In this document: piece after piece, positions 1 through 14,756 of the stretch
Layout of the letters: each line of letters starts with the position of its first letter
How positions within the stretch are numbered: the first letter of the stretch is position 1
DNA from: Dicyema japonicum
Lineage: Eukaryota > Animalia > Dicyemida
Assembly: GCA_011109175.1 (NCBI GenBank)
Contig: RDEW01000003.1
Span: forward strand, 434,001-498,000
Reading direction: 5' to 3'
Length of the DNA: 64,000 bases
Notes under the pieces: model-generated
Told to the model about the DNA's origin: nothing
Database searches by the model: none
The model's input: the letters and a program-made list of their open reading frames with translations, nothing else
Made by a program: the position numbers and the translations under genes

Positions 1-429
1 TTCAAAGTTTTCGGATTGGAAATGAACTCAGTCTGCGTTTGAAATCGTTGTCATGTTGCATGACCTTGAGGGAATCGATTGGAAAATATTGAATATAAAG
101 GGTGCTGTGTTCTCGAGTCACGTCTCAATTCTCGAAAATGCTAAGAAAAGAATCATTGAACTTCCAAAGACAAATTTGAATTCAGTTAATATGCTCCATC
201 CCTGAGTAAGCCATTCTCTCTCCGATCGGATTCATCGACAAATGCGCCAACTGCTTATTATTCTGAGTATAGACAGATGGTGTTCTCAATTTAATTTAAA
301 CGTGGGGGGGGGCTTAATTTGGTTATTTCTAAAGCTAAGCCAACGTTCTTTCAACTCCTTTAATTTGAAGAATTAGTCATTCTGTTCATGCAGGTCGGAG
401 ATCCTGCGAGTAATCAAAACAAATAAATA

Positions 430-3010
430 GCATTTGGCAACTTATAAGTATCTCACAAACAGAACTTTTGTTACTTCCATAATCCTTCGCCAACTCAGGT
501 TACATGAGAGCAATAAGGGGATATATCTGTCACCGACTCTATCAGGAAAAAGGGCCCACAGTTCCTTACACACGTGCATCTGTCAATCACTGTGTAGGGA
601 AAACACAAGGCAAAGTGAGTTGGGTATTCCTAGGGATCATGAAATGGCCGTGTCTTTTAATAAGTCCAGTTGTTCTTCACAGGGCCTGCCCATCGTCCAC
701 GTATTATGGAGTATGAGTTCATTGAATTCACGTTGGAATATTGGTTCCTCCCTTAGTTTCAATGTGCTCAGTGTCAAATGGTATGCCAATAACAATTAGC
801 TGTCCTCAAGTTACAAAGTTTCAAACCAAGACATCTCTTGAATCCATAAGTAGACTTTTGTCTGCAATATAGAATAATTTATCAACCATTAGCGATCAAG
901 AGAATTTCCTACTCGTTTCTTCATACCATTTTCTATTCATTGACGACTTAAAGCTCCTTGCCATAGAGGATGTAATACGACATAAAGCTCCTTGTATAAT
1001 GGAAGATATGAACTCATATTTTAAATTTCAGGACTGGAGGAATAAGCGGGAAATAACTTCGTTTCTTCAAGAAGCTGGGACATGTGGCTACACTCAAAAG
1101 CCAAAGCGAATGTGAGCCTCAGTGGGAATCACTTGAAATAATAATTTTGATATTCCAACATCTTCAACCTGGCGTAAGAAAGGGAATATCCCCTAATCTC
1201 ATAGACGTTTCCCTTTTTCAAGACAGAAAATGTCTTCTTCAGATATCTTAATTAAAATTGTCCTCAATGTGAAACCTCAAAAAAAGGTGGATCACTTGGA
1301 AACTAGGCACAACTAATCAGAATAGGACTACTTGCGAATGAACCAGGTGGACAAAACAATGACAACGCATGTGAAGTGCTCCAAGGGCTACAAGAAATTG
1401 ATGCGAGACTCCCTAATACAATTTTTCAACCGGAGAGCCAGGGAAATATCATATCTCTCCAGGTGGACGAAGCTGAGTGAAAGTTTCCAAGAAGGAAAGT
1501 TGAGTGGTGTCGGAAGTTTTCACAGTATCTCGAGCAAGATTTGGAAGACTACCTCGAAGTAGATGGCCTTTAAAAGCGAAATCCTTTAACGATAAATTTC
1601 ATATTTTGAAGTCCGTAGTAAACCTAAAGAGTTTGATGAATCCAAACCAAAGTGTTAAAGCTCACAAAACTGAAGAAACAGCTTGAACAAACAGCAGAGA
1701 TTACCGGACAGAAAGGAAATCAAAGATATGACGATGAAACGAGGGATATGCTTTGCCAATGTGGATATCGAGAAGTGGAGAAAAGACTTCGAATCCGTGA
1801 ATCTAGGAAGGAATTCATAAACCATAATTGGTGTTCTGAACTCAATCGCAGATATTTTATCGTGGCTTAAACAAAGAGCAAAAAAGGCTGATTTTTTGTT
1901 AGCAACAGCGAATGTCTTTTATTTTGTGAGAATATTTGGAAAAAAACGGGCGAGCAATAAAATACATTTTCGATGAACAAAAGACACATTGCAGAATTCA
2001 ACAAAGAAAGCATCTTTGAAGTAATTAAACTGCTCCCGCGGATGTAGTAGGGTGTACAACTTTTTCCTTAAAAAATTACATCAATTTTGATCACCTTTGA
2101 GAAGAGGTCTCACAGTTAATACACGGAAAGTTTACTCCAGATGAGTGGTTCTTCACTGGAATTACCTATTTTTCAGTAGAAAAACACAACGTGACCTCCA
2201 TCTATGAATTCCTTCTTGATATACCGACATTTATTCCCATGGTCTGTAAATCATCTGAGCGCTGCTGGTTATTTGAGCGAATTTTGCTCGCCATCCTGAG
2301 AGGGAATAACCACGCAGTCATGGCAGCCGCTATATGACCATTTACTCTTTTTTCTTTAAAAAATAAAATATTCGGAATTAAAAAAAATTAATGATAATTT
2401 TTTATTTTGAGCCAACTGTATCTTATCTAGAAGACGTGTGCCACACTCCAGAGGACTAAGACCAATTATTTGTACGAAGTGTGTAATCAGAACATATTGA
2501 GGCGCACATCTGATCAGTGACAATCAATTGGGAACCCGAAGAATGTCATGAGGCTAAAGAACAGACAATACTTAACCAGAGCATCAACCAGGAGAACGGA
2601 ACAATTTGGTCACTGTGGATAGACGTTAAAATGCCTTCGATTCAATGACTTCTTGTATGGGGTACTCGATAACTCTGAACTCCCTTACTGGACTGTAGAT
2701 TTTGTGAAAACTTGATCAAGAAATGGATAATCAAGTTGATTCTTATTTGGGGAAATCAAGATGAAGAGAAAGATACTGCAGGGTAACTCTGTTATCGCAG
2801 ATCCTTGTGCCTGTAATGAACCTTATTGACAGGACGCTAAGTGGTTATTGACAACAACGGCCTAGAATCCCCTAGCTATGCAAAAACCACCTGCTGTTTA
2901 TGGACGACCTAAAAATATTCTCTGGAGAGGAGAACACAACAATGATAAAAGAGGGTACTTCTTTCTTGAAGCTGTTTGACTTTTACAAAATGTCTACAAA
3001 TTTGCTACTA
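430..3010 (+). mobile_element. Degenerate non-LTR retrotransposon (RLE-type) RT fragments
   Basis: Broken frames with RT motifs: FIDDLKLLA (~936-960), VDVKxxFDS (~2614-2645), ILQG (~2772), LLFMDDLKIF (~2890-2920); many stops and frameshifts. Confidence 0.6.
2250..2372 (+). mobile_element. 3' tail fragment of a CRE-like non-LTR element
   Basis: Encodes ..CWLFERILLAILRGNNHAVMAAAI*, then a T-rich UTR and AATAAA; the same tail recurs at ~22260-22380 (-) and 31740-31850 (-). Confidence 0.7.
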
Positions 3011-3540
3011 AGGTGCTCACACTGTGAAATATGGAACAAAGAGAAACTCACAAGGTCGAATTGAAGATCATCCAATTGCTCTTACATTAGATGAGATTGT
3101 TTTTGTATTCGTTAACAAAATATATAGAGAAGAAAATGTTCAATCATATATTCAAATAGTTGCGCTAAAGAAAGCAATGGAGAGCACATTCGTAGAATAC
3201 AAGCACGGTTTTAGAGATGTCCTTCATTCGGCGAACACTATTATTATGTGGTTATTCATTCTCTATAGATCTCTTTTTCCTACTCCACTGGAGGAGTTCC
3301 TACAATGGCGGATATGGATAGATGTGATACTTTGAAACGTCTCACTCCGACCATGGGAACTTTATGTACTTTAATTAAACGTTAATTATCGCTTAACCTC
3401 TTTCAAGTATTGGTTTTAGTGTTTTTTTAAATTAAAAAATTCATTTGTGATTTATTTAATTGTTTATTAAAATGTAAATTATGCAAATATAATAAAATTT
3501 CGTTTATTTAAAAAAAAACTGCTGAGGACCACTTTCAATT

Positions 3541-3597
3541 TCTAGTTTAGTGGTTAGGATGTCCTCCTATAACAATAGTCCTCGATTCGATTGCCAC
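3541..3597 (+). pseudogene. tRNA-derived remnant (A/B-box-like)
   Basis: TAGTTTAGTGGTTAGGAT ... GATTCGATTGCC resembles tRNA A and B boxes; no complete cloverleaf. Confidence 0.35.
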
Positions 3598-3599
3598 TA

Positions 3600-4140
3600 C
3601 TTGGCTCAAGGATTCTCTTTCTTTCTTCTTATGTTCTCTCGTTCTACTAGAGTGGTGTCATATGAATCACCTGTCAAAGGTAACGTCCTGTGCCAAGATG
3701 GCACGAAAAAATCAGGCCCTTGAAGCGCACTCGTGAAGATTGTTCGGGGCGAACGTGTCTGTACATGTCACGTCCCAAACAGGTGGTTTCCCGGCCTCAA
3801 AGGGAAATATGGTCTCGTCCGGTCGTTTCCCGTCACTTCTGCATAACCCGACCGGTTCAAGAATGGCCGAGTATCCACCAGCATCCATTGCCCGCCTAAC
3901 AATCTCATTCAAAGCCTTATGCCTTGGAGATCTGCCAGCGCTTCTCTTGCAGAGAGAGGGTGCAGGCCATAGCAGTCTATCAGGATGCCACATCGGCATG
4001 GGTGAGGTGCACATACTTTCAGTCCCAGCCCAGAGAGATGTCATTTCTAACGCATTCATTATCCAGAAAGGTGCCCAGAGCTCCATTTGGGATGCGTTTA
4101 GCCAAGCTCCACTCTCAGGGGAAGTCTCGAAAGCAAATAT
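3600..4140 (-). mobile_element. CRE-like non-LTR element fragment (CCHC + RLE endonuclease)
   Basis: ORF 3712-4086: RSAGRSPRHKALNEIVRRAM..EPVGLCRSDGKRPD..WDVTCTDTFA, homologous to the C-terminus of ORF 37409-39202. Confidence 0.85.
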
Positions 4141-4169
4141 ATTTTAGATGTGGAAATGGTGCAAAGTTG

Positions 4170-4700
4170 TGACTATTTAATTTCGAATTCCACAGTTCTA
4201 GTTTCATTTTGAAACCAGTCATTTTCTCATGGCAATGGAGGAGTGTGGTATCTCTTCCTTGCAGTTGTAAATTAACAAAATTCAGATTCAAATATATCCA
4301 CCAAAAATGCCAATAAAGTCAATAAACGAGTATCAGAAAATTTTTCATTCAGTTTTGGTTTGACGTCTTTAAGAAATTCATGTATTTCTTTTCGTAGCAT
4401 AAATGCTCTCTTCAATACTTTTTGGACCGCGGACCCCAGTGTGAGAAAAACTGGGTAAAAGCGTCAGAGTGCACAAAAGCCTCTGAATATCTTTCTCAGC
4501 TAATTTTTCGGTGGACTGTCGATAGTTTGGTGGAGCATAATCTTTCAAAGACGACTCATTTATTTATCTCGTCCATTTGGATAGATTTTAACTTCCAAAT
4601 TTTTGAATTATCCATAATGGATCTAAAAATCTCCCTGGATCAGACGGAATATCTATTTTCAAATTGAGAATACTACGCAGTTTTGAAATGCCCGGAAGAA
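4170..4700 (-). mobile_element. hAT (Charlie/Buster-like) transposase remnant
   Basis: Minus strand reads ..KKVLKRAFMLRKEIHEFLK.., similar to the hAT RWLSRGKVLKRxFxLR segment; frameshifted. Confidence 0.4.
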
Positions 4701-6039
4701 TGGAAACCTCCCACTTCGAACGACAGACCACATGGCTAAATATAAATTCTCTTCCACCTATGTCCCTTCCACTGATGGTTTGACCAATTATTATTGATTT
4801 ACTTTAGTCAACAGCCATCCAGAGGAGTTCCCCTTGACGGCACTTTTTTCAAGTTCAAGCATGCGAAGACTGTTGAGGGAGGCCGAGATCATCTTTCATT
4901 CTGACTATGCTAAGGTCATGGCAAAGCATGTGAAACAAAAACTTCATCCACCAGTTCTCTCGTAGTCCATCCCTCTCTGAGATGCCTTTCAATCTTTTGA
5001 AGGTCACCGACCAAGACCATCCGTATGGGAGCGTTGGGATAAAAGGTCTTCGATGGCCACATAAAACGGGGGTTTCAAATCCATTTATTTAAAAATAAAT
5101 AAATTCAACTCCACTTACTATACACTTAATAGCCCTAGCACATTCGGATTCTATTAACCATCCCAGTGAGCCCTCTCAGTCACGACAGAAAGCAACCCAT
5201 GACTGGATATTTACTGAAATCATCAGAAGTTTTGGTATAAACAAGCTTCTGGAGGGTATTCCACCTATTATTAACGGAAGCGAAGCTTTCCTACCGCGGA
5301 AGCTCGTGTCCACTTGGCGTGGTCACCATATGAATTTACAATCATATCTGTACAGGGTTGGACAATCGTCCTCTCTATTATGCCTATCACCTCTCTCTTG
5401 TCCAAGTCCATCTCCGAGTTATGCACATAACCAAATATACTTATCCATCTCTGTGAGTGTCCGCTCTTGGCTGTATCGTTTTTATAAGCCTTCGCTTTCT
5501 TTTACTTGAAGGGATCGAGAGCAAATAAATAACTTCAGAAAAAAATAAAACAAAATTCTTAAAAATAGTAGGGAGTACGGCACAAGCGAAACCCCAAGAA
5601 TTCATTTGCTTATGGAAAGTAATTTTATGACTTATGGGAAAATGGAAGTAATTTTTTGAGATATTTCTGGTTCTGATGACTTTTAGGGGGACAATCAGAT
5701 AAACACAAAACTTAGTAACACGTGTTAACTGCTCTCAATTAAATATTACCATTCAATAACTTGGTTTTAATTATAAAGCAAGTCACGTGCTAAAACCAAC
5801 CTAGTCTGCGGTTCTCTACTAAGTGATCTCAGTTCCTGTGGTAAAAGTAAGACTTTTCCGACATCACGTCCCCTATACTCCCATTATAAGATCCCTTCAG
5901 TAGATTAGGTAAAAGTGAAGATCTTTTTGTATACCGGCCAAGCATTGGACGTCTTCCTAAAGAGGTGGATCTGATCACATGACACCTCTTAGGAATTACA
6001 GCAGGCGACAATCAAAAAGGAATCATTTGAATCGAACCA

Positions 6040-6095
6040 AAGCTGGGGGGATCGAACCCTCAGTCAATCACACTAATTACTACGCTAATTGACCC
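6040..6095 (-). pseudogene. tRNA-like remnant or SINE head
   Basis: Reverse complement TAGCGTAGTAATTAG...GGGTTCGATCCCC (A and B boxes) with the anticodon arm missing. Confidence 0.35.
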
Positions 6096-8607
6096 TTTCT
6101 ATTATTCATGGGAGTTGGTAGTAAATCTCGCAATTTATTTTAAAAAATGAGAAATAATTAGAACCAAGTGTGACGTTTGCAAAAGAACTCGTAATCTTTT
6201 TTGTGAACATAAATGGATTCAAGGGGAACTCGTATTTGTTATTTACAACTTCTGGAGGTTTGACAATGCCTTGACGGTCTCTTCCCAGTCCTTGCCCTTA
6301 AACATAAGATTTTAAATCACACCTTCTTTCCATCCACACTTTTTTAGGATGTTAAGAGCAACTAGCCGTCCAGTGCTGTCGGGTATAGTATCCATAAAGC
6401 TCACTTGTTTGTCAGGCATGCTAGCTTGCTTAGATAAATATTGATTGCCGTCATTTATTAATATGTAGCTTGAGCTACGCGTAATGTGCGGCAAATATCA
6501 ATATTCATTTGAAGATTTTCTGAGGATATAGTTCCTTCTACGCATCTCCGCTGCTTCGAGATTGACGAGTGACGCAGTAATCAGTGATTCGTAACCGAAT
6601 TGTCTCAGGGATTCACAGGCTAAAAAGAACAAGAAGTTAAGAACACTGGATGTCTTGGATTAACGTCTGTTCTTTACTTCTTAAATTTAGTGAGAGTTCT
6701 TCCTAAGCTGAAGAGAGATGGAAACATTACTTCTCCTCCGTGGAAAGGCTGAATTAATCAATTTTTGATAGACATTTTGGCGAATAACAAAGTATTTTTT
6801 TTTAAAAAAACACAGAACAGTCGCTTTGGTAGTACTTTCATAGTCTTCCTAACCGATCTTTTCTCATTTTCAGCCGCTCTCTGGAAACATGGTTTTTCCA
6901 TCTACTGAATGCATTCTCAATTTGATTGAAACTCGACTCTAGAATATTCCAGAAAACCTTAGAATACTCGTCGTTAATTTTCATTAATATGGTGGTTAGG
7001 CATACCATATTTAGTCATTGGTGCAATGACTGACATTTTTCTGGTTATAATAGCTCCTCTGCAGAAGATTCTGAAACAGCCCTCCCACGTCTTAATCTTG
7101 GGGATATGGAGAATTCGTGTTTCGCCTCTCACAGCAAACCCCGTTACATAACGAAAATTTATTAAACAGCATCAATTGAGCTGCGACCACATGGAAGGTC
7201 TATCTTGAGCATCTCCGACCAGTTGGTTTAGTGGTGGTTCATCCTCGTCCACCAAACTTAACATATTTATTTATCAACCAAAAGCTTACAATTTTTGGTA
7301 GACCCAGCGCAAGCAGTCATGACTAACTGATTCAAGCAAGAAACCCAAGGGAGAACGTCTGCTTTTGTCGACCAAGTCCATCCTCCAGTAGTTACAGGCA
7401 CTTTAATTATTCACTTACTCATTTCACATCCCCTGACCATCTCCATTGATGAAGGTCACCATTATGAATACTCGTCCGCCTAAGGATGAAGTGATGTCCG
7501 CGGTGGTAGTACTTGTGATGAAACTGGAAAGGGCGAACCTACTTATGTACCTCTCTTCTGAAGCGGAAGTCTATAGTGACTATTGGAGGATGCAGACATT
7601 CTCCCTTGGGTTCCTTCATTGGATTAATTAGTTATGACCAAAGATTTTGCAAAAATCTCTAAGGGAGGAAGATGTTTAAATCACAGATATCTGCAAACCT
7701 AAATAAACAGGGGATAAATTCGTGGTGAATCATACAAAACTTCCTTAGGAGCACCAGATTTTGAATGAAACAAACCGCGTTCTATTGCTAAGAGAAAAAA
7801 CTGGCCTAACAGCAATTCTTGGTTTTTCCTTGGCCTTCATAGCTTTTTCCGTGACATACATCGTGTCTACCGTGTTCCCAACTAAGAACCGGGAACGTGC
7901 CGTGTGACTACGACCATCCAGTTATACGGTCGATAAGGGCTTGTGTGGGTTCGAAGGAGGAGAATCGGGCCAAGTTGAGATCTCTGTTAGAGCGTGCTGG
8001 GATCACCCGAGTAATTGGTTTTGGGTTACAGTTGTCTTTAAAAAATTTTCATTCATTTTTTAATTCATTTTTCCATTTATGGCGAATTGTGCCTTTCTTA
8101 CTTTTTAGGAAATTGTCCAAATTGGATCTGAGCACTTTTTTAAGCAAAGACTTCACTTCACATCTTTGAGTGGGATCCGTCGTAAACTGTCAGCCTCCAC
8201 CAGGGGTCCTCCCAAATCACTTTTTGAAACATCTGACAACCTCAGCGATCCGCTTACATTTGTCGTGGCGATCCTTAGCTATTAACGACCAGGCTTCATG
8301 AAACCCTAGGACCAATCCTCCGACGTCAGGTCATGCATATCTTCAACTACTTCAGAAGACCCTCAGAACATTTATAGGATATGCTAACGAATTACGATAA
8401 CCCACGCAAACTACATCCATGTACAAGCACGTGGCCCTTAGATAAGTAAAGATAAAGTAAAAAGTCCGAAATATTGAAACTCGAATATTTCCACTTCACC
8501 TATTACCGCGAAATTATGAACTGAAATGAATAAAATCTGAATTTTTAAATTACGAGAAAACAGAAGTTAACCAAAACAAAAAAACCCGAATAACTAGCTA
8601 AACCAGA

Positions 8608-9805
<1,198 letters not shown>

Positions 9806-11688
9806 CGATATCGCCAAATCGCTGCAGTAAAATTTATATACTCGAATTATTCTCAAATACAGAAATTACCAATTTATGCATAATTAGTTGTCGTCTTTAG
9901 ATATTCCAAGATTCTTTTAGTATATTTCAGATGCCAGTTCAGACGTCAGGGTTTTGATTTTACAGTCCTTTGGCAATGAGTTTAGCTTCAACGATCCTCT
10001 ACGTCTCGCAAATTCCCCTTACTCTGACTTCAACTTGAAATATCAATCATACTCTCAAGTCTCCTTTCCAACACAGCAGATGTATGCCTTACTAAAGCGA
10101 CTCATAGCTTATAGGACATGGAAATCATGACTTCCCATCCACTCGGATGACTCGACTGGAGTCCCCACGATAGCTTTGACTCTCCAGCCAATAAGTCATA
10201 TTTATGAGACCTCACTTTAGTTCATTCTAGTAATTCCTGAGGCGTGATTCCAGCTTTAATGATCACAATCTCATTTTTTTATTTTGTCATTGAAGAAAAC
10301 ATCATGAGTGTCCTCTCGATTTTCAATCATCTGAATATCAACGGGGAAGGTTTCTTCTCATATCTTTGGCAGGCGTCCATATATAGTCTGATGTGCAGTC
10401 CGGAGGATGGTCAGGGGACTTTGCCATCTTGAGGAAGTCCCGGTGACGTTCCGTAAGGTATTCCATGATTGGGGGACGTTTAGTGTTCTCCGCAGTAACG
10501 AGAATTTGGTTTTAAGCGATTATACTCTCTCATCTACGGATGTAAAGGGTGGTATTGATCGCCAGAGAGAGACTATAGTCAACCTTCTTGATAAGACTAG
10601 GAGGATGGCGATCAAGCTACCCCTTCGCAAAAGGGTGAAGAAGCATATTTTCACATAAATTGGTTATTAAAAATTATTTTTTTATAAATGAAATCAAATA
10701 TTCATTAATATTTTCGAGGTGGACAAGTAGGTCCGCCCTCTTCCATTTTCATCACACTCTTAGTTTTAAAATAAAAGAAATATCTTTTTTCTTTTTTTTT
10801 TAGCACAAAAATTTTTTTTAACAATTAAACAAATGTCAGTTAAGGAAGCTGCTGCTGCGTGATTGCGAACGAGTTCCCTCGGAGTATGGCTATTCCAATC
10901 TTTTGTCTTAGCCATAACCCTTCTCGTTGATCCCTTTTTCTTTCTGGCAAGCAATCCTCCGAGTTCTTGCAAGAATTCAGCCGAAAGAAATATCTACCAA
11001 AAATAATCGTTCAACAATTAATGTGCCTGTCCCGCATGGAGATTTGAGATGTCATCTTCCAAACAATATAAATTTAAATAAGGTGGAGAACTACCTGCGA
11101 TAGTACAACCCCCTCTTCCTACTCTCCTTTCAGAAGAGTCCACGGCCTTGGATTCCTGTGTTTTTGCAAAGTACTAGGAAACCCATTGGACGATGCCATT
11201 GCTCGATTAGATGAACACCAATCGGTCCTAAAGAAGGACACCTCGATCGAGTTCTTTCGTAGGCATTCGTAAAGGCTCTACTGTTTCACATTTGAGACAT
11301 TGAAGACCATTTTTTAGAACCCCTGGGATCACCGAGAAAAAAGACAAAAAAACGTCAGACAGTTAGGTAATCCAGATCCCGCAATCAAACGAGCCATGCA
11401 ACGTCTGTGGTCTCCCATTGTTCTCACTACCGTGCAAAAGAGCCTTCTCTCATCCCTGCAGAGGAATCAGGTTGGGAAAGGAAACTTCCTAACCAATCGA
11501 CTTTCTTTTGCCTTGGAAAAGACAATGGAAGCTGGGGTCACTTAATTAGTGTTTTTAACATCTTTCTTGGTAATCTTGGGATTCTTTTTTTTATTTTTTT
11601 ATTTAAATTTTGGAATTCTCAAATAAATAATAAATAAGACAATATAATTTATTAATTATTAATAATCCGAAAAATTAATTATTTTAAA

Positions 11689-13262
11689 TTAAAATTCGAT
11701 GTCATAAACGAAGTTCCTCAACATTTCATAGCCAGCTTCTGGCTGATCCGTGGGAACCATGTGCCCAGAATTCCTCACAATGATCTGCATGACGTTTCCC
11801 CCTTTTCGGACATATCCATTGACTCTCGTCGAAGTTTTTGAATACCAAACTGTCTGTTCCGCCTGATTGAATTTTTCTTTGTCGTTCCATTCAAGTTGTT
11901 TCAAAAATTCAGAGGTCAACGGGTAGCCAACGATTACATCAAACTGTCCGTTATAGAAGAGTGTCTAAATTATGGACCATGGCTTACTTTATACCCCGCG
12001 TTTATGATTTCCTTGACATACGGAGCAACTGATTTCATGAAATCCTCATACAGAGCGCGATATACTCCGTCGGATAGAATCCTATAATCTAAGTTCCCAG
12101 CATTGAGTTTCTGCGCATTTTCCCTTATAAAGTTTTCATAGGGATCGAACGGAAATCCCTTAAATTTGATTACCCGCCGTTTACAAAGTCGGAGAAGTAA
12201 TTGAAGTAGTCTGACCTCCCAGTTAAGTTAGTATACAGAGTGGGATACTTGGTGATGTCTCCATCTAGCATGTCGTCGAAAAGCTAGTGGGGATGGTTAC
12301 CAGCAAATAAAACGTAAAATGCATCCAAGTATCTCTCCTCCCTGATTTTCTGGCGAATCTGATCACGGTATCTATCGAAGTAGACGACTTGGTTGTCGAA
12401 AATGAGCCCAATTCTGTTTAGGTAAGTTCCGAAGTCCATCATCTACAGCTAAACACTCGATCGTACATTATAGGGGTCACATAGTCCATCCCCAATAGCC
12501 ATTCCGGCGAGGTTTATTGGGGTTGAGTTGTTCTGATTCATTTTGTGGATCGCGTAAACCATGGAAGGGATGAACTTGCCGGCATAGGATTCCCCAGTAA
12601 CATAAAGTGGATTTGGTCTCAAATTTGGGAATAATTGATAAAATTGTACCATAAATCTACATTTTTTAAGATAAAATTACTTAGATAAGTAAAACCCGAT
12701 ATCTGCTTGCTCGCTCAGATAACATTCCTCCTTGGAGAAGCTGAATCCTGTCCCAACCTAAGCAAACTCCAACCAAGTATTACAGGATTATCAATGTAAA
12801 GCATTTGAAATTCCCGCGTCCATGATTCGGTTCTTAGCGTTACTAATATATGACATTGAAAAGTCACATTCATTGTTGGAGTCAATCGTATATGGCCCAT
12901 TTTCCACCAGGAGACCGAAAAGTGAAGAACCTCCAGGGCCACCTTGTAGCCACACGACTACTGGAGCTGAAGTATTTCCATTCTAAGGTAATTTTAAATT
13001 ATTTTACTTGGGCGGGAAAATACCAGAAAAACATATTTCTAACGCAGTCATCACTAACTCTAAAAAATCCAGAGTAGCTCTCAACATTTCCAAGGAAAGG
13101 TTCAACCCTGCTTAATTCCCGGGCAAAGTCTGCTTGTCCATTATTCAAATAATCAGTGATTATTAGAGGTTCATCCTTATTGACAGTAGGACCATTAGAA
13201 TTATTATAATGGTAGATGTATCCAACACCAAATATTGTTAAAATGATTATAACGGTATTCAT
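11689..13262 (-). CDS. CPVL: Serine carboxypeptidase S10 (CPVL/vitellogenic-like), multi-exon
   Basis: N-terminal hydrophobic anchor, SYSGF, NMFFWYFPA, WLQGGPG, MLYIDNP, GESYAG (catalytic Ser), GHMVPTDQP (catalytic His); tiny introns. Confidence 0.92.
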
Positions 13263-13429
13263 GTGCGAAATTTTTTTTATTTATAGTTAATTATAAAATA
13301 GGGTAAAATTCATAAAAATAATAAATTATTTTAAAATTAATAATATTTTTACTAATAATGAAACAAATTAGAGCTTTTATCTCTTGCACACAGGATCGAC
13401 CTTTCGGATCTCTACAAAAGACTTGAAAC

Positions 13430-13880
13430 AAAAACAGACTGCGTTTATATAACGCACTGGTTAAGCCTGTTTGTTACACAACGGGAGTACTTGGGGTTTC
13501 TCCGAGTAAAATTCAGAAAAACTTAAGTCTTTTCACCACACACGACTGGAACAAAGGGTGTTCTTCTGATGGTGCCACAGAATCTCCACAAACCGTTTAT
13601 GAGAGAATGAAGTGCCTAGTAATATCGGTTGAAATCACAGAAGTTTGATGGAGGTACTTTTGGAATATATTAAGGATGGACTTGGACGCTGCAGTCAACA
13701 TTATTATGGGAGACATTCTTTCCGACGTTCCCTGATTTTATAGACAAGGAAGAATTACCTTTCAGATGGTCCTGGGGGACCTCTAAAAGATTTGAAGGCG
13801 TCTCAGTGATGGAAATGACTTAAGATGGACTACGGAGGCTGCTTGTGACACGAACAAGTGGAGGATGACATTGTTTTAGT
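13430..13880 (+). mobile_element. RTE-like LINE 3' fragment
   Basis: LYNALVKPV..VYERMK..FGxILRMDL; homologous to 59290-59570. Confidence 0.55.
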
Positions 13881-14756
13881 TTCATAGTGGTTAGAGTTTT
13901 TTTAGTTCACGATAGCTGTGGGCTTGATTCCTAACTTCACCTACCTAGTTGATAGACTCGATACAGAAATTCAGTTTAGATGAGCGATAATATTTTAGCC
14001 ATCCTACTACTATTTGTCTCTTCTTGGGAGATGTGTGGTCAAGCGTCTCTCGAGATCTCTCCATCGATTTGCATATAAAAAGTGAGCAATTATAGTTGTG
14101 CCAGTTTTTGCTAATTGTGTTAGAAGAATGATATTTTAACGACTGTTGATTGTCGTATCATCATAGTCTCCTTTAACACGTGGGAATTACGCGAGAAACT
14201 TAAAAATATTGAATATGCGAACAGTTTAGATTGTAATCTCTGATTGGAGAAATTAGAGCAAATATGATCATCTTTGATGCCCATAGAGTCGGATTATACT
14301 CATTTTAGTTCCACTGTTGATCGTGAAAACTGTCCATCAATGTGGGTCACTTCCTCTTGGTTGAGAAATGACGTTAAATCTTGCGTAACGACTAAAAGAC
14401 TCTCATTCCCACTTGGTCCCCTAACAACGGGTGATTCCATCTTCGCTGGTCGCTGCCATTTAATATGTTTAGCACCGAAAAGAGGTTAAGAGTTAATTAG
14501 CGACTAAGGTACACCCAATTACCGAGTCAGACTGAGAAGCCTCCTTGAAAGTATCACGTCCATCCATATCTGCCATTGTGTGAGCCCCCAGTGAATAGGA
14601 AAGAGAGACATCACTTTTGATGCCGGCCAAGCACGTCAGGACTGATTATTTTAATACCAGGCCACTCCCATAAATGATAAATGTTATAAAAATATTCAAA
14701 TTTAGTAAAATTTATTTTTAAATTTGATAAATTATTAAATATTTTTTAATACGTGG

